DNA of 64,000 nt from Prochlorococcus sp. AG-402-K22 (GTDB lineage: Bacteria > Cyanobacteriota > Cyanobacteriia > PCC-6307 > Cyanobiaceae), in contig QCIJ01000007.1 of NCBI GenBank assembly GCA_003216755.1, forward strand, positions 10,190-74,189, given 5' to 3'. Shown here in pieces: positions 1 through 8,600 of the stretch. The notes below the pieces were generated by a model. That model saw only the letters and a program-made list of their open reading frames with translations, was not told where the DNA came from and made no database searches. How positions within the stretch are numbered: position 1 is the first letter of the stretch; every line of letters begins with the position of its first letter. The position numbers and the translations under genes were made by a program.

Positions 1-84
1 TTATCTCAAAAAAGGCTTATTAAAAATGGTTTGAATAACCCATTTTTCTGGGCAGGGATAGAACTAATGGGTTCGCCTTGGTAA
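1..84 (+). CDS. C-terminal end of a CHAT (caspase-like peptidase) domain protein, truncated by the window edge
   Basis: Frame 1 reads LSQKRLIKNGLNNPFFWAGIELMGSPW*, matching the HPxxWAxFxLxG C-terminal CHAT motif; directly upstream of DUF928 and CHASE2 genes, the usual cyanobacterial context. Confidence 0.75.
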   Translation, partial: LSQKRLIKNGLNNPFFWAGIELMGSPW

Positions 85-122
85 AAATTGTTATTCTTAA
101 GTAAGTAAAGATTTTTAGATCT

Positions 123-764
123 TTGAAGAATCTCGCGTTTATTTTTTTAATATTCTCATCACTTATCTTTCCTAATAAGATAAAAAGTCAAGATGAGATG
201 GTAAATATTGGTTTAGCTTTCCCTGGAAGAAGAGTTGGAGGAGGTACTAGAGGTGAATGTAGTGCAAGAAAAATAATGCATCTTGTCCCAGAGTCAAATA
301 TTGCTTTTCAAAATGAGTTAGGTCATTTTGCATTAATTATTGGGCCTTCCAATGATCCTAAAGAAATTAATATTAACTTTAAAGAATTTGAAGAAACACA
401 AACAAATAAGATTGATTTAAAAGATTTAAAAATAAAAGCTTCTAAAGAAAAAGTATTTTTAATTTCAATTCCCAACCAAGATGTTCCTTTTATTTTGGAA
501 TCTTCATTTAATTGTAATGAAAATACTGATATGGGTTTTGACTTCAATTTTATACAAGATGATTCACCACCTGCTCAAACTTTAATCGCACCATCAAGTT
601 ATCAGAAAAGTAAAAATCAAGAAGACAAAATGGCTTGGCTTTCTAAATTTTGTGATAAAAATATTTCACAAAGTTCTTTGAGCGAGAAATTCCAAATTGG
701 TGAATTTTTTGATGAAAATTGGGAAGAAGATATCGATGTTACTTGTATAAATAAACTATCTTAA
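123..764 (+). CDS. Secreted DUF928-like protein
   Basis: N-terminal signal-like hydrophobic stretch followed by PGRRVGGGTRGEC, the motif typical of DUF928; lies between CHAT and CHASE2 genes. Confidence 0.7.
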   Translation: MKNLAFIFLIFSSLIFPNKIKSQDEMVNIGLAFPGRRVGGGTRGECSARKIMHLVPESNIAFQNELGHFALIIGPSNDPKEININFKEFEETQTNKIDLKDLKIKASKEKVFLISIPNQDVPFILESSFNCNENTDMGFDFNFIQDDSPPAQTLIAPSSYQKSKNQEDKMAWLSKFCDKNISQSSLSEKFQIGEFFDENWEEDIDVTCINKLS

Positions 765-772
765 TAAAAGAT

Positions 773-2629
773 ATGTTTAAGAAATTAGTAAAAGCCTCAA
801 TTAATTCAAGCTATTATTTAATAGTTATTCTCTTTTGCTCTATTTTATCTTTTAGAGGTGTTACACAAAATCTTGATCTTGTAATTTATGACTCCTTATT
901 AAATAAATTTCCCAAAAAAAGTAAGCCAGAATCTAAAACTATAGTCGTTGGGATAACAGAAAAAGATATTGAAAAATATGGATGGCCTATTGATGATATT
1001 TATCTTTTTGAAGTGATTAAGAATTTAGATAATGCTGGCTCCTCTAGTATCGTTCTTGACTTGTATAGAAATGTAGGAGTGGGTAGAGGAGCAGATCAAC
1101 TTGCCTCCTTTAGCGTAGAGAATCCAAAGGTAATTAGTATTTTTAATGTTGCAGAAGGGATATCCTCAATTCCAGAGTTTCCTTTAGAGAAACAGGCATT
1201 TAATGATATCCCGGTTGATGTAGATAATGTAATCCGAAGAAATTTGGTAGGTGTAGATCGTAAGAAATTTAATTTACCTCCACAATTTGTAAGCATTCCT
1301 TCCAGGATGGTTGAAATACATCAAAAATTAAATAATAAAATTTTTGATATTGATGAACAATTTAGTGAGGGGAAAATTAATACTATTAAAAAATATTCTG
1401 GAGGTTATACAAATGTTGATTCAAATGGTTTTCAAATTTTAATAGACTACCCAAGATCAAATTATGTTCCAAAATATAGTATTGAATCGATATTAAATAA
1501 AAACTTTTCTAAAGATTTTTTTAAAAATAAAATGATTGTTATTGGCGCAACTGCACCTTCACTTAAAGATATTTTCGCTTTCCCTTCGAGCAGATTCATA
1601 AAAGATAGCCAACTTATGTATATCAGTGGAGCCGAAATTCATGCGCATAGAGCGAATCAACTTCTCTCTCTGCAAAATGGAAATACTCTACAAATTAATA
1701 CCATAAATCCAACACTAGAATTATTTCTAATAATTCTATTAACATTATCGACAGGTTTATATATAGAAAAAAGTAAGAAAGTTTTGCATGGATTATTAGG
1801 TTTAATAATCATAATTTCATCTTTATCGATAGCTGTATTTTTATCATTTATTTCAGGATATTGGATTGAATTTTCCCTACCAATTATTTCTATTATTTTA
1901 GTTTCTACAGTTTCATGGGTTAAAAAGGCCGCAGAACAGCAAAAACAAAAAGCTTTGATGCAAAAACTTTTAGGTCAAACTACATCCCCAGAAGTTGCGG
2001 AAGAATTATGGAAACAAAAAGATTCATTAATAGAAAACGGCAAGTTTCCAGGAACTGAATTGCCTGTAACTATTTTATTTAGTGACACCGTTAGTTTTAG
2101 TAGTGTTTCAGAGAAAATGACTCCTACGGAATTATTAGACTGGCTTAATACTGGTATGGAAAAATTTGTAAAAATAATTTCAGAAAATGGAGGAATGGTA
2201 AATAAATTTACTGGTGACGGATTCCTTGCTGTCTTCGGGGCCCCTGTAAGAAAATCATTAGAGGAATCTTCCAATGCTTCAATTAAAACTGCTATTGAGA
2301 TTAGAAATGCAATAGATTCTCTTATAGAGGATTCAAACAAAAAAAATCTGCCGCCTCTACGCTTAAGGATTGGGATTCATAGTGGAAAAATTATCACTGG
2401 ATCTATGGGAGGCGCTGAAAAGATTGAATATGCTCTAATCGGAGATAGCGTAAATGTAGCTGCCAGACTTGAATCACTAAATAAGGAGAAGATGAACAAT
2501 AACTGTAGAATTCTTGTTTCGGGAGATTGTCTTAAGTTTCTAAAAAAAGAAAATTATAATATTGAAAATTGGGGAGAATGCAAAGTTAAAGGTAGAGAAT
2601 CACTTGTGGAAGTTTATGAAATTCTTTGA
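773..2629 (+). CDS. CHASE2-domain membrane class III adenylate/guanylate cyclase
   Basis: CHASE2 motifs (IVVGITEKDI..GWP, DVDNVIRR, IVIGATAPSLKD, SGAEIHA), three TM helices, cyclase motifs LFSD, NKFTGDG, RIGIHSG, IGDSVNVAARLE, VKGR. Confidence 0.92.
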   Translation: MFKKLVKASINSSYYLIVILFCSILSFRGVTQNLDLVIYDSLLNKFPKKSKPESKTIVVGITEKDIEKYGWPIDDIYLFEVIKNLDNAGSSSIVLDLYRNVGVGRGADQLASFSVENPKVISIFNVAEGISSIPEFPLEKQAFNDIPVDVDNVIRRNLVGVDRKKFNLPPQFVSIPSRMVEIHQKLNNKIFDIDEQFSEGKINTIKKYSGGYTNVDSNGFQILIDYPRSNYVPKYSIESILNKNFSKDFFKNKMIVIGATAPSLKDIFAFPSSRFIKDSQLMYISGAEIHAHRANQLLSLQNGNTLQINTINPTLELFLIILLTLSTGLYIEKSKKVLHGLLGLIIIISSLSIAVFLSFISGYWIEFSLPIISIILVSTVSWVKKAAEQQKQKALMQKLLGQTTSPEVAEELWKQKDSLIENGKFPGTELPVTILFSDTVSFSSVSEKMTPTELLDWLNTGMEKFVKIISENGGMVNKFTGDGFLAVFGAPVRKSLEESSNASIKTAIEIRNAIDSLIEDSNKKNLPPLRLRIGIHSGKIITGSMGGAEKIEYALIGDSVNVAARLESLNKEKMNNNCRILVSGDCLKFLKKENYNIENWGECKVKGRESLVEVYEIL

Positions 2630-2659
2630 AAATAGTTTGAGAAAAATTTAAGAAGAGTT

Positions 2660-3337
2660 TTATTTTTTATTAGATCTTACTAACTTGTAACAGAGATTTT
2701 TAGCTATAAGTGAATTTAACTTTTCAAATAATTCTGGTTTTCTATCTTTAATCTTTTGAAGTTTTGATTTACTCCAACTTATTGCATAAATATCTTTTGA
2801 AATTACATTGGCTGAGGTCTTATCGCCTGTTATAAAGGAAAATTCTGAAATCCAATCCCCTTTTTTGAGAGAAGCAACTTCTTTACCATTCTCTAAAGTA
2901 ATAGAGGCTCCACCATCAACTACAAATGATAAGTATTGAAATTTACTATCTTTTTTAACTAACTCAAGAGGACTTTTATTCCTATGTTTCACTATTTCTG
3001 CAAAACTCAACATTTTTTTAAATTCAAATGGGAGAAAAATAGAAAAATATTTCTTATATGTTTCTCTCCAGCCCAAAGGCAAGCATTTTATTGATCTTGA
3101 ATAGTAGTAATGGCTGATCATATAAAAATTTAAGCTAAAATGAAGTACCGCTAGAAATAGTATTGATAAATTTTCAGCGGAATCTAATCCTGTCCAAAAA
3201 CAAAAAATAAAGTTTGCGATTGATAAAAATAAAATTATGAATCTTAATGCTATTAATGAAGTACAAATAAATGAAAGGCCTTCACAAGTGCCTAAAAATG
3301 CCTCTACATAATCTGGGGTAATTATAAAGTTAATCAT
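2660..3337 (-). CDS. Popeye-like membrane protein with C-terminal cyclic-nucleotide-binding domain
   Basis: About three N-terminal TM helices, YKKYFSIFLPFEFKKML linker, cNMP beta-barrel (LSFVVDGGASI..VASLKKGDWISEFSF..SANV), no HTH tail. Confidence 0.75.
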   Translation of the reverse strand: MINFIITPDYVEAFLGTCEGLSFICTSLIALRFIILFLSIANFIFCFWTGLDSAENLSILFLAVLHFSLNFYMISHYYYSRSIKCLPLGWRETYKKYFSIFLPFEFKKMLSFAEIVKHRNKSPLELVKKDSKFQYLSFVVDGGASITLENGKEVASLKKGDWISEFSFITGDKTSANVISKDIYAISWSKSKLQKIKDRKPELFEKLNSLIAKNLCYKLVRSNKK

Positions 3338-3496
3338 TTATAACCATTGAGAAATTAAAGATCTTTTTAATTAAAAGCATAAATAATTTTTGAAATACTA
3401 GGTTAAAAAAATGTGCTTATATCAAGATTTACTCAAAATTAAATTTTTAAATATAATTAGATATATAACTTATAAATAAAGTAATAAATTTAAGAA

Positions 3497-4879
3497 ATGA
3501 AAAATCTAAGAAAAAATTCAGGATTTTTTAGACCTGGATTATCTAATTTTTCATCAATTCAAACTTTATTTGGAGATTTCATAAATGATAGAACTTCTCC
3601 AAGTCTTTTAAAAAATTATCACGATGAAAAAGCCAAAATTCTTACTGAAAAGAAATGGAATAATGGAGCGCCTTACGAAAGAGTAATAGAAACCAACGAA
3701 GATCTAAAAGAAATTATTCAGAATCCAAATATCATAAAAAATTCTATTTGCATAATCGAACCAGCAGATCATGTTGGAAAGAATTTAATTGGAGAAGATG
3801 TAAGAGCTTCTTCTAATATTGCATCTCTATGCCAATTCATATCAGATTGCGACTCAATACTTATACCTCTATGGAAGACAGGAAAACTCGACAATAAATT
3901 ATTAATTGATTTATTACAAAACTCATTAGCAGTTTTTGTTGAAGGAGGACATCCAACAGTAAAAGATGCAAATAGTTTTAAAGGTTTAAATATCTCATTA
4001 AATGAATTACAAGAATTAACTGAAGAATTAATACTTTCAAGAGGACTAAAAACTGCTCCATCTATATTTATTTGTCTTGGCCATCAATTAGCTGCTCAGG
4101 CTCATATTAGGCTTATAAAAAAGGCAGCCAATCAGATCGTAAATTTGATGAAGCCAGAAGTTATCTGTTCCAAGTGTCATTACGAAAACCTCTTAAATAC
4201 TTGCAAAGAAATAATAAATACTGGAGAAAATTTATCTATTTATAAGGATGATGATACTCAAGATGATATTCCCGAAATAGAAGTAGCTAAAGGTTGGGAT
4301 GATCCATGCTTTGCTGTAGCCCTAAATGAAGTTCCTGAAGTTGGTCAAGTTGAACTATTACATTATTCTCATAATGGCATTCATCAAAGTAAAAATTTTC
4401 CGAAATTACTATTTCATCATGAATTAACGAGTGAACAAAACGTAGGAATTGTTGAACAGTCAGTAACTTTCGAAAAAAATTTAAACATAGTTATGTTTCA
4501 TAGTGACGAGGTAAATGAAGAAGCAATATTATTTGCTAATTGGGCTTACGGGAAACTCCATAATGCAATTGCTCCAATAAGGAAGAATATCTCAGTTTCC
4601 GAATTTTCTTGGCTTTTAAGTTTACCAGATTCAATTGAAATCGTTTGTTCCACTAGTGCACAAGGGAAGCTATGTACACAAGTTTCTGCTACTTGCATTA
4701 ACTACACAGATTATGAGACACAACATAAAAGGAGATCTTTTACCTTCCAATTTCATCCTGAATTACTTGAAGATCTTAGGGAATTTAATAAATCTGGAAT
4801 GCCATCCTATGAAAAACTTAAAAATGATGATGGAATAAGAATGTTGATTAGGGTTATATACGAATCGATTACTGATTAA
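3497..4879 (+). CDS. Class I glutamine amidotransferase-like protein, unusually long
   Basis: EGG motif, nucleophile elbow ICLGHQL, FHSDEV and FQFHPE (Cys-His-Glu triad). Confidence 0.75.
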   Translation: MKNLRKNSGFFRPGLSNFSSIQTLFGDFINDRTSPSLLKNYHDEKAKILTEKKWNNGAPYERVIETNEDLKEIIQNPNIIKNSICIIEPADHVGKNLIGEDVRASSNIASLCQFISDCDSILIPLWKTGKLDNKLLIDLLQNSLAVFVEGGHPTVKDANSFKGLNISLNELQELTEELILSRGLKTAPSIFICLGHQLAAQAHIRLIKKAANQIVNLMKPEVICSKCHYENLLNTCKEIINTGENLSIYKDDDTQDDIPEIEVAKGWDDPCFAVALNEVPEVGQVELLHYSHNGIHQSKNFPKLLFHHELTSEQNVGIVEQSVTFEKNLNIVMFHSDEVNEEAILFANWAYGKLHNAIAPIRKNISVSEFSWLLSLPDSIEIVCSTSAQGKLCTQVSATCINYTDYETQHKRRSFTFQFHPELLEDLREFNKSGMPSYEKLKNDDGIRMLIRVIYESITD

Positions 4880-5006
4880 TTTTTTTAATTAAATTTTTTG
4901 AATACCTTTTTACTGAGTAAAAAATCCTATTTATAAATTCTTGTATTTTTGAATACTTATTAAGGGTTTACTTAAATCACATTATAGGATTAGTCGCATT
5001 TTTAAA

Positions 5007-5150
5007 ATGACTCAAACTTCCATGAATACTCCTTATGCAAAAAGAGTAGCTGAAAAATTTAGAGAGGCTCAAAACTATTTAAAAACTAATGGTTTTAGTA
5101 GATCAACTAAACATTTATTGGAAGATATTGAAAATTCTGTTGAAAAATAA
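5007..5150 (+). CDS. Small hypothetical protein, 47 aa
   Basis: Manual translation MTQTSMNTPYAKRVAEKFREAQNYLKTNGFSRSTKHLLEDIENSVEK*; stop overlaps the next ATG (TAATG). Confidence 0.5.
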   Translation: MTQTSMNTPYAKRVAEKFREAQNYLKTNGFSRSTKHLLEDIENSVEK

Positions 5151-5308
5151 TGCCAATACCCCCTCACTTACCACAACTACAATATGGCTACGATGATGGC
5201 TTTACAACCATTGTTTTTGGGTTAATAGGAAGTTGCATAGGGTGTATCTTAATTTTATTAATTTCATTTTTTGAATTTAAATTCAAAAAGCAAAATAGTA
5301 AGCCTTAA
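5150..5308 (+). CDS. Small single-TM hypothetical protein, 52 aa
   Basis: Manual translation MPIPPHLPQLQYGYDDGFTTIVFGLIGSCIGCILILLISFFEFKFKKQNSKP*; hydrophobic helix with basic tail; translationally coupled to the upstream ORF. Confidence 0.5.
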   Translation: MPIPPHLPQLQYGYDDGFTTIVFGLIGSCIGCILILLISFFEFKFKKQNSKP

Positions 5309-5320
5309 GAGACTTACTAA

Positions 5321-5335
5321 ACATTAAATAAGAAC
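5321..5335 (-). repeat. att core: displaced copy of the ychF 3' end
   Basis: Minus strand 5334-5317 reads TTC TTA TTT AAT GTT TAG (FLFNV*), versus ychF TTC TTA TTT AAT GTG TAA. Confidence 0.85.
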
Positions 5336-5379
5336 CTAGTAACATCAATCTATAACTACGATTTGACCCTATGTTTGAT

Positions 5380-5473
5380 GGTTAGACCAAAGTTAGACTA
5401 AACGGACAATGGTTGGACAAAGGTTAGACATGTAAATTTCAAAACATCTAAAATGATGAGACTGTGACGAGAC
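5380..5473 (+). repeat. Clustered 11-bp-period direct repeats (putative integrase arm / directionality-factor sites)
   Basis: GGTTAGAC 5380, AGTTAGAC 5391, GGTTGGAC 5411, GGTTAGAC 5422; second motif TGATGAGAC 5454 and TGACGAGAC 5465. Confidence 0.7.
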
Positions 5474-5656
5474 AGATATTTAATCTTTTGAGAATTTAAT
5501 CCCGAGAGATTTGACTATATGAATACTAACCATATTTAGATAATTTATAAAAAATGAAGTCTTTTTATTAAACATTTTCTGGACAATTAGAAACCTATAA
5601 TTTTCTCTTCTTCAAAAAATTCAAACTATAACTTTTAACTACCCAAAACTAACGAT

Positions 5657-8600
5657 TTATGTTGGGTCATATCCAGTTATCGGGTCAGAATCGACACCAA
5701 AATCCTTAGTATCATCCGCAAATAGATTACTTCCTGTATATAAATCACCTTCACCACTATATATATCACCAGCTAATGGATCTGGATGATCACTATCAAT
5801 TAACTTCTGGGCAGCAAAGGCACTGTTCTCATAATCTACTTCTGTATCAGAAATATTATTTATTACATCGCCATCCATATAACCTAGAGATGCCCAGCTC
5901 TTGGATTCCCATTCACTATCTGTTGTAAGAGAATCAGAATGTATGGTACCACCCCAGTCTCTATCTAAAATTGTTAAATCTTTTGTTGTTATCTCACCGT
6001 CATAATCAGCATCAACATCATCTGCAGCCTGATCTCCATTTTGAATTGCATTTAATTTGCCTGCATTTAGATATGCTAAATCCTTCATTGATACACGACC
6101 GTCATAGTTCAGATCGCCCTGGAAGGTGATGATATTGTTTGTCAACTTTGCACTTTTTGACTCATAACCATCTGTATCTTTTCCTTCCAATGTATAGAAA
6201 TCTGTTTCCAGCTCATCTAAACGTTGTCCAACTTTTCCATCTACCTGAACTTTAAATCTCAGTTCTATATTCTCACTGCCAGATCCATCCCAGGAAGTTT
6301 TATTTGCATTACCACTATCATCAAATCCTGTTGATAAATCAACAGATCCACCATTTATCAGCTCGGATCCGGATAAATCTGTCACAGTATCAACGCTGTA
6401 AGAACTAACAAAGTCATATTTACCATTCTCACCAACAGAAAGTTCCATTAACTTAAAGTTTGTCGTGTCAGAAATACTTAAATTAACATCTTCTGCCTTG
6501 ACACCATAATTTCCTAGGTTTGCCCACCATGCCTTGGCATCTACGGTAGAGCCATCTCTTATCAAATAAGTTTTATCATTACTACCAATCGATCTCTGGG
6601 TATATAAAGTTGTTCCCTGCTCATCTAAATCTACATAAGCATTATGGATATATGTCTTGTAAGTAGTGTCATCAACAGAACCTCCATCATTTACATCGGT
6701 ATATCCCAAGCCATTCAGGGATTTAATATAAGCATTGTCTTTGGTCTCATCATCATCAGTGCTCTGATAATTGGCAACAACAGTATCATATATATTTGTG
6801 GAAATATCTACATCAACGAATTGATTACCTTCATCAACAAAAGCTTTTGTACCGCTGGCGTCAAACTTTAATCCTGTAAGAGTGAATAATTCCTTGTAGC
6901 TATCCTGAATTCCATTTTCTTCATTTAATTTGGATAATGTTGCACCTATAATTCTTACAGAATCTGCACTTAAGGCATCTATCGAATAGTCATAGGATTT
7001 TGCATTATTTACCTCATCTCCAAAGCTTACTGATACTCCAGATGCATCCCAGTTACTAAATAAATCATAGTTAAAATCTAATGTTACATCAAAGGATTCC
7101 AGATCCCAGATAACATCTTTTCCATTGATATCACCATTAGTTAAAGTCTTAGCTTCTACAATCAGATCGTAAGAAATATCCCCGTAAGCAGAGTTCGTAT
7201 TGTTGTCATTGCTGTATCCAATAACTCCTCCAAGATCTACATCACTTCCTGATTTCTGTAATCTATACTGATATTCAATCAGTGAATTATTTGTGTCAAC
7301 TGCAATTGCTGCCAGACTTACAGTATCCAGGCTGTTGCTGGATGCTATATCTGTATGTTTAAAACCGCCTTCATCTGTATAACTGACAAGCGCTCTTAAT
7401 TTCTTATCAACATCAGCAGTTGTGATTTTATAATCTTCATCTGAGGCAACTGTTGTCCAACTTTCACCACCATTATCACTTAACTGCCAATCATAACTGT
7501 AACTCCCATCTAAAACATTTCCTGAGTTGTCTGCATCAACTGCTGTTTCTTTAAGGTTATAGCCAACAGTCATTGTCTCTCCGACCTTGGCAATTCCTCT
7601 TATTTCAAAAGTGGAACTGCCATCATCAATATTATTAATAGATAACGTCACATCTTTGGTTGTTGTGTTATTTACTTCATCAGTTGCTGCAACAGTAAAG
7701 CTGTAACTTGATTTGGTTTCATAATCTGGAATAGCGTCGATAGTTACTTCACCGGTTTTTGAATCTAGGGTAAGTAATCCAGCATCAGTTCCAGTTATCG
7801 CAAAGCTGTTTGCCTTTACTCCAGTTCCGCTGCCGTCATCTGCTGTAACTGTGTAAACTGTACTGCCAACTTCGATGTTCTCATTAACTTCTGCTGTTGT
7901 AGATGAAGTTATTGTTGGGCCGGTTGAATCATATGTCCAGGTGAATGTACTTGATACATCATTAGTATTTCCTGCTTCATCAGTAAATGCTCCTCCTGCT
8001 ATTGATATTGTTTTTGTTCCGTCACTATCTGGAGTAAAGGTTACAGAATAACTTTTACCAATTCCACTAAATCCACTAAGTCTTGATATGTCACCACCGG
8101 TTAGATAAATATCATTAATATCAAAATCAGTTGTTGCTTCACTAAAGATAAAACTTACATTTATCGATTCATCATTGCTGCTAAATCCATTGATTCCTTG
8201 ACTAACATTTATTGAATCTACTTTTGGACTTAATGTATCAATGGTTATTACAAAATCTGCAGCTGTTGATTCGCCACCATCATCACTGGCTGTGACTTTT
8301 AATGAATGGGTTCCATCAGCAATGGTATTACCGGAAAAATCACCATCACTGATTGACCAGGTATTGTCTGACCCTGATATTGTTGATGCTAATAATGTGG
8401 TGCCATCTTCTGCATACAAATTAATGATATTGCCGGAGTTATCTGTTGTACCTGTGAGGTTTGGAGTGGCATCATTAACAAGAGGATTGCCTGATCCATC
8501 AACTCCTGGTGTCCCAGGGATCGGAGATACAATTGGAATAATTGGGTCGCGGATTAATCCGACCTGTGTATCGGTATCAAAGAAACCCTGATCAAGCAAG

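Noticed and set aside
3409-3430. CRP-like site AAATGTGCTTATATCAAGATTT in the divergent promoter of the cNMP module
   Set aside because: The second half-site matches TCACA poorly, and such matches are expected in AT-rich DNA
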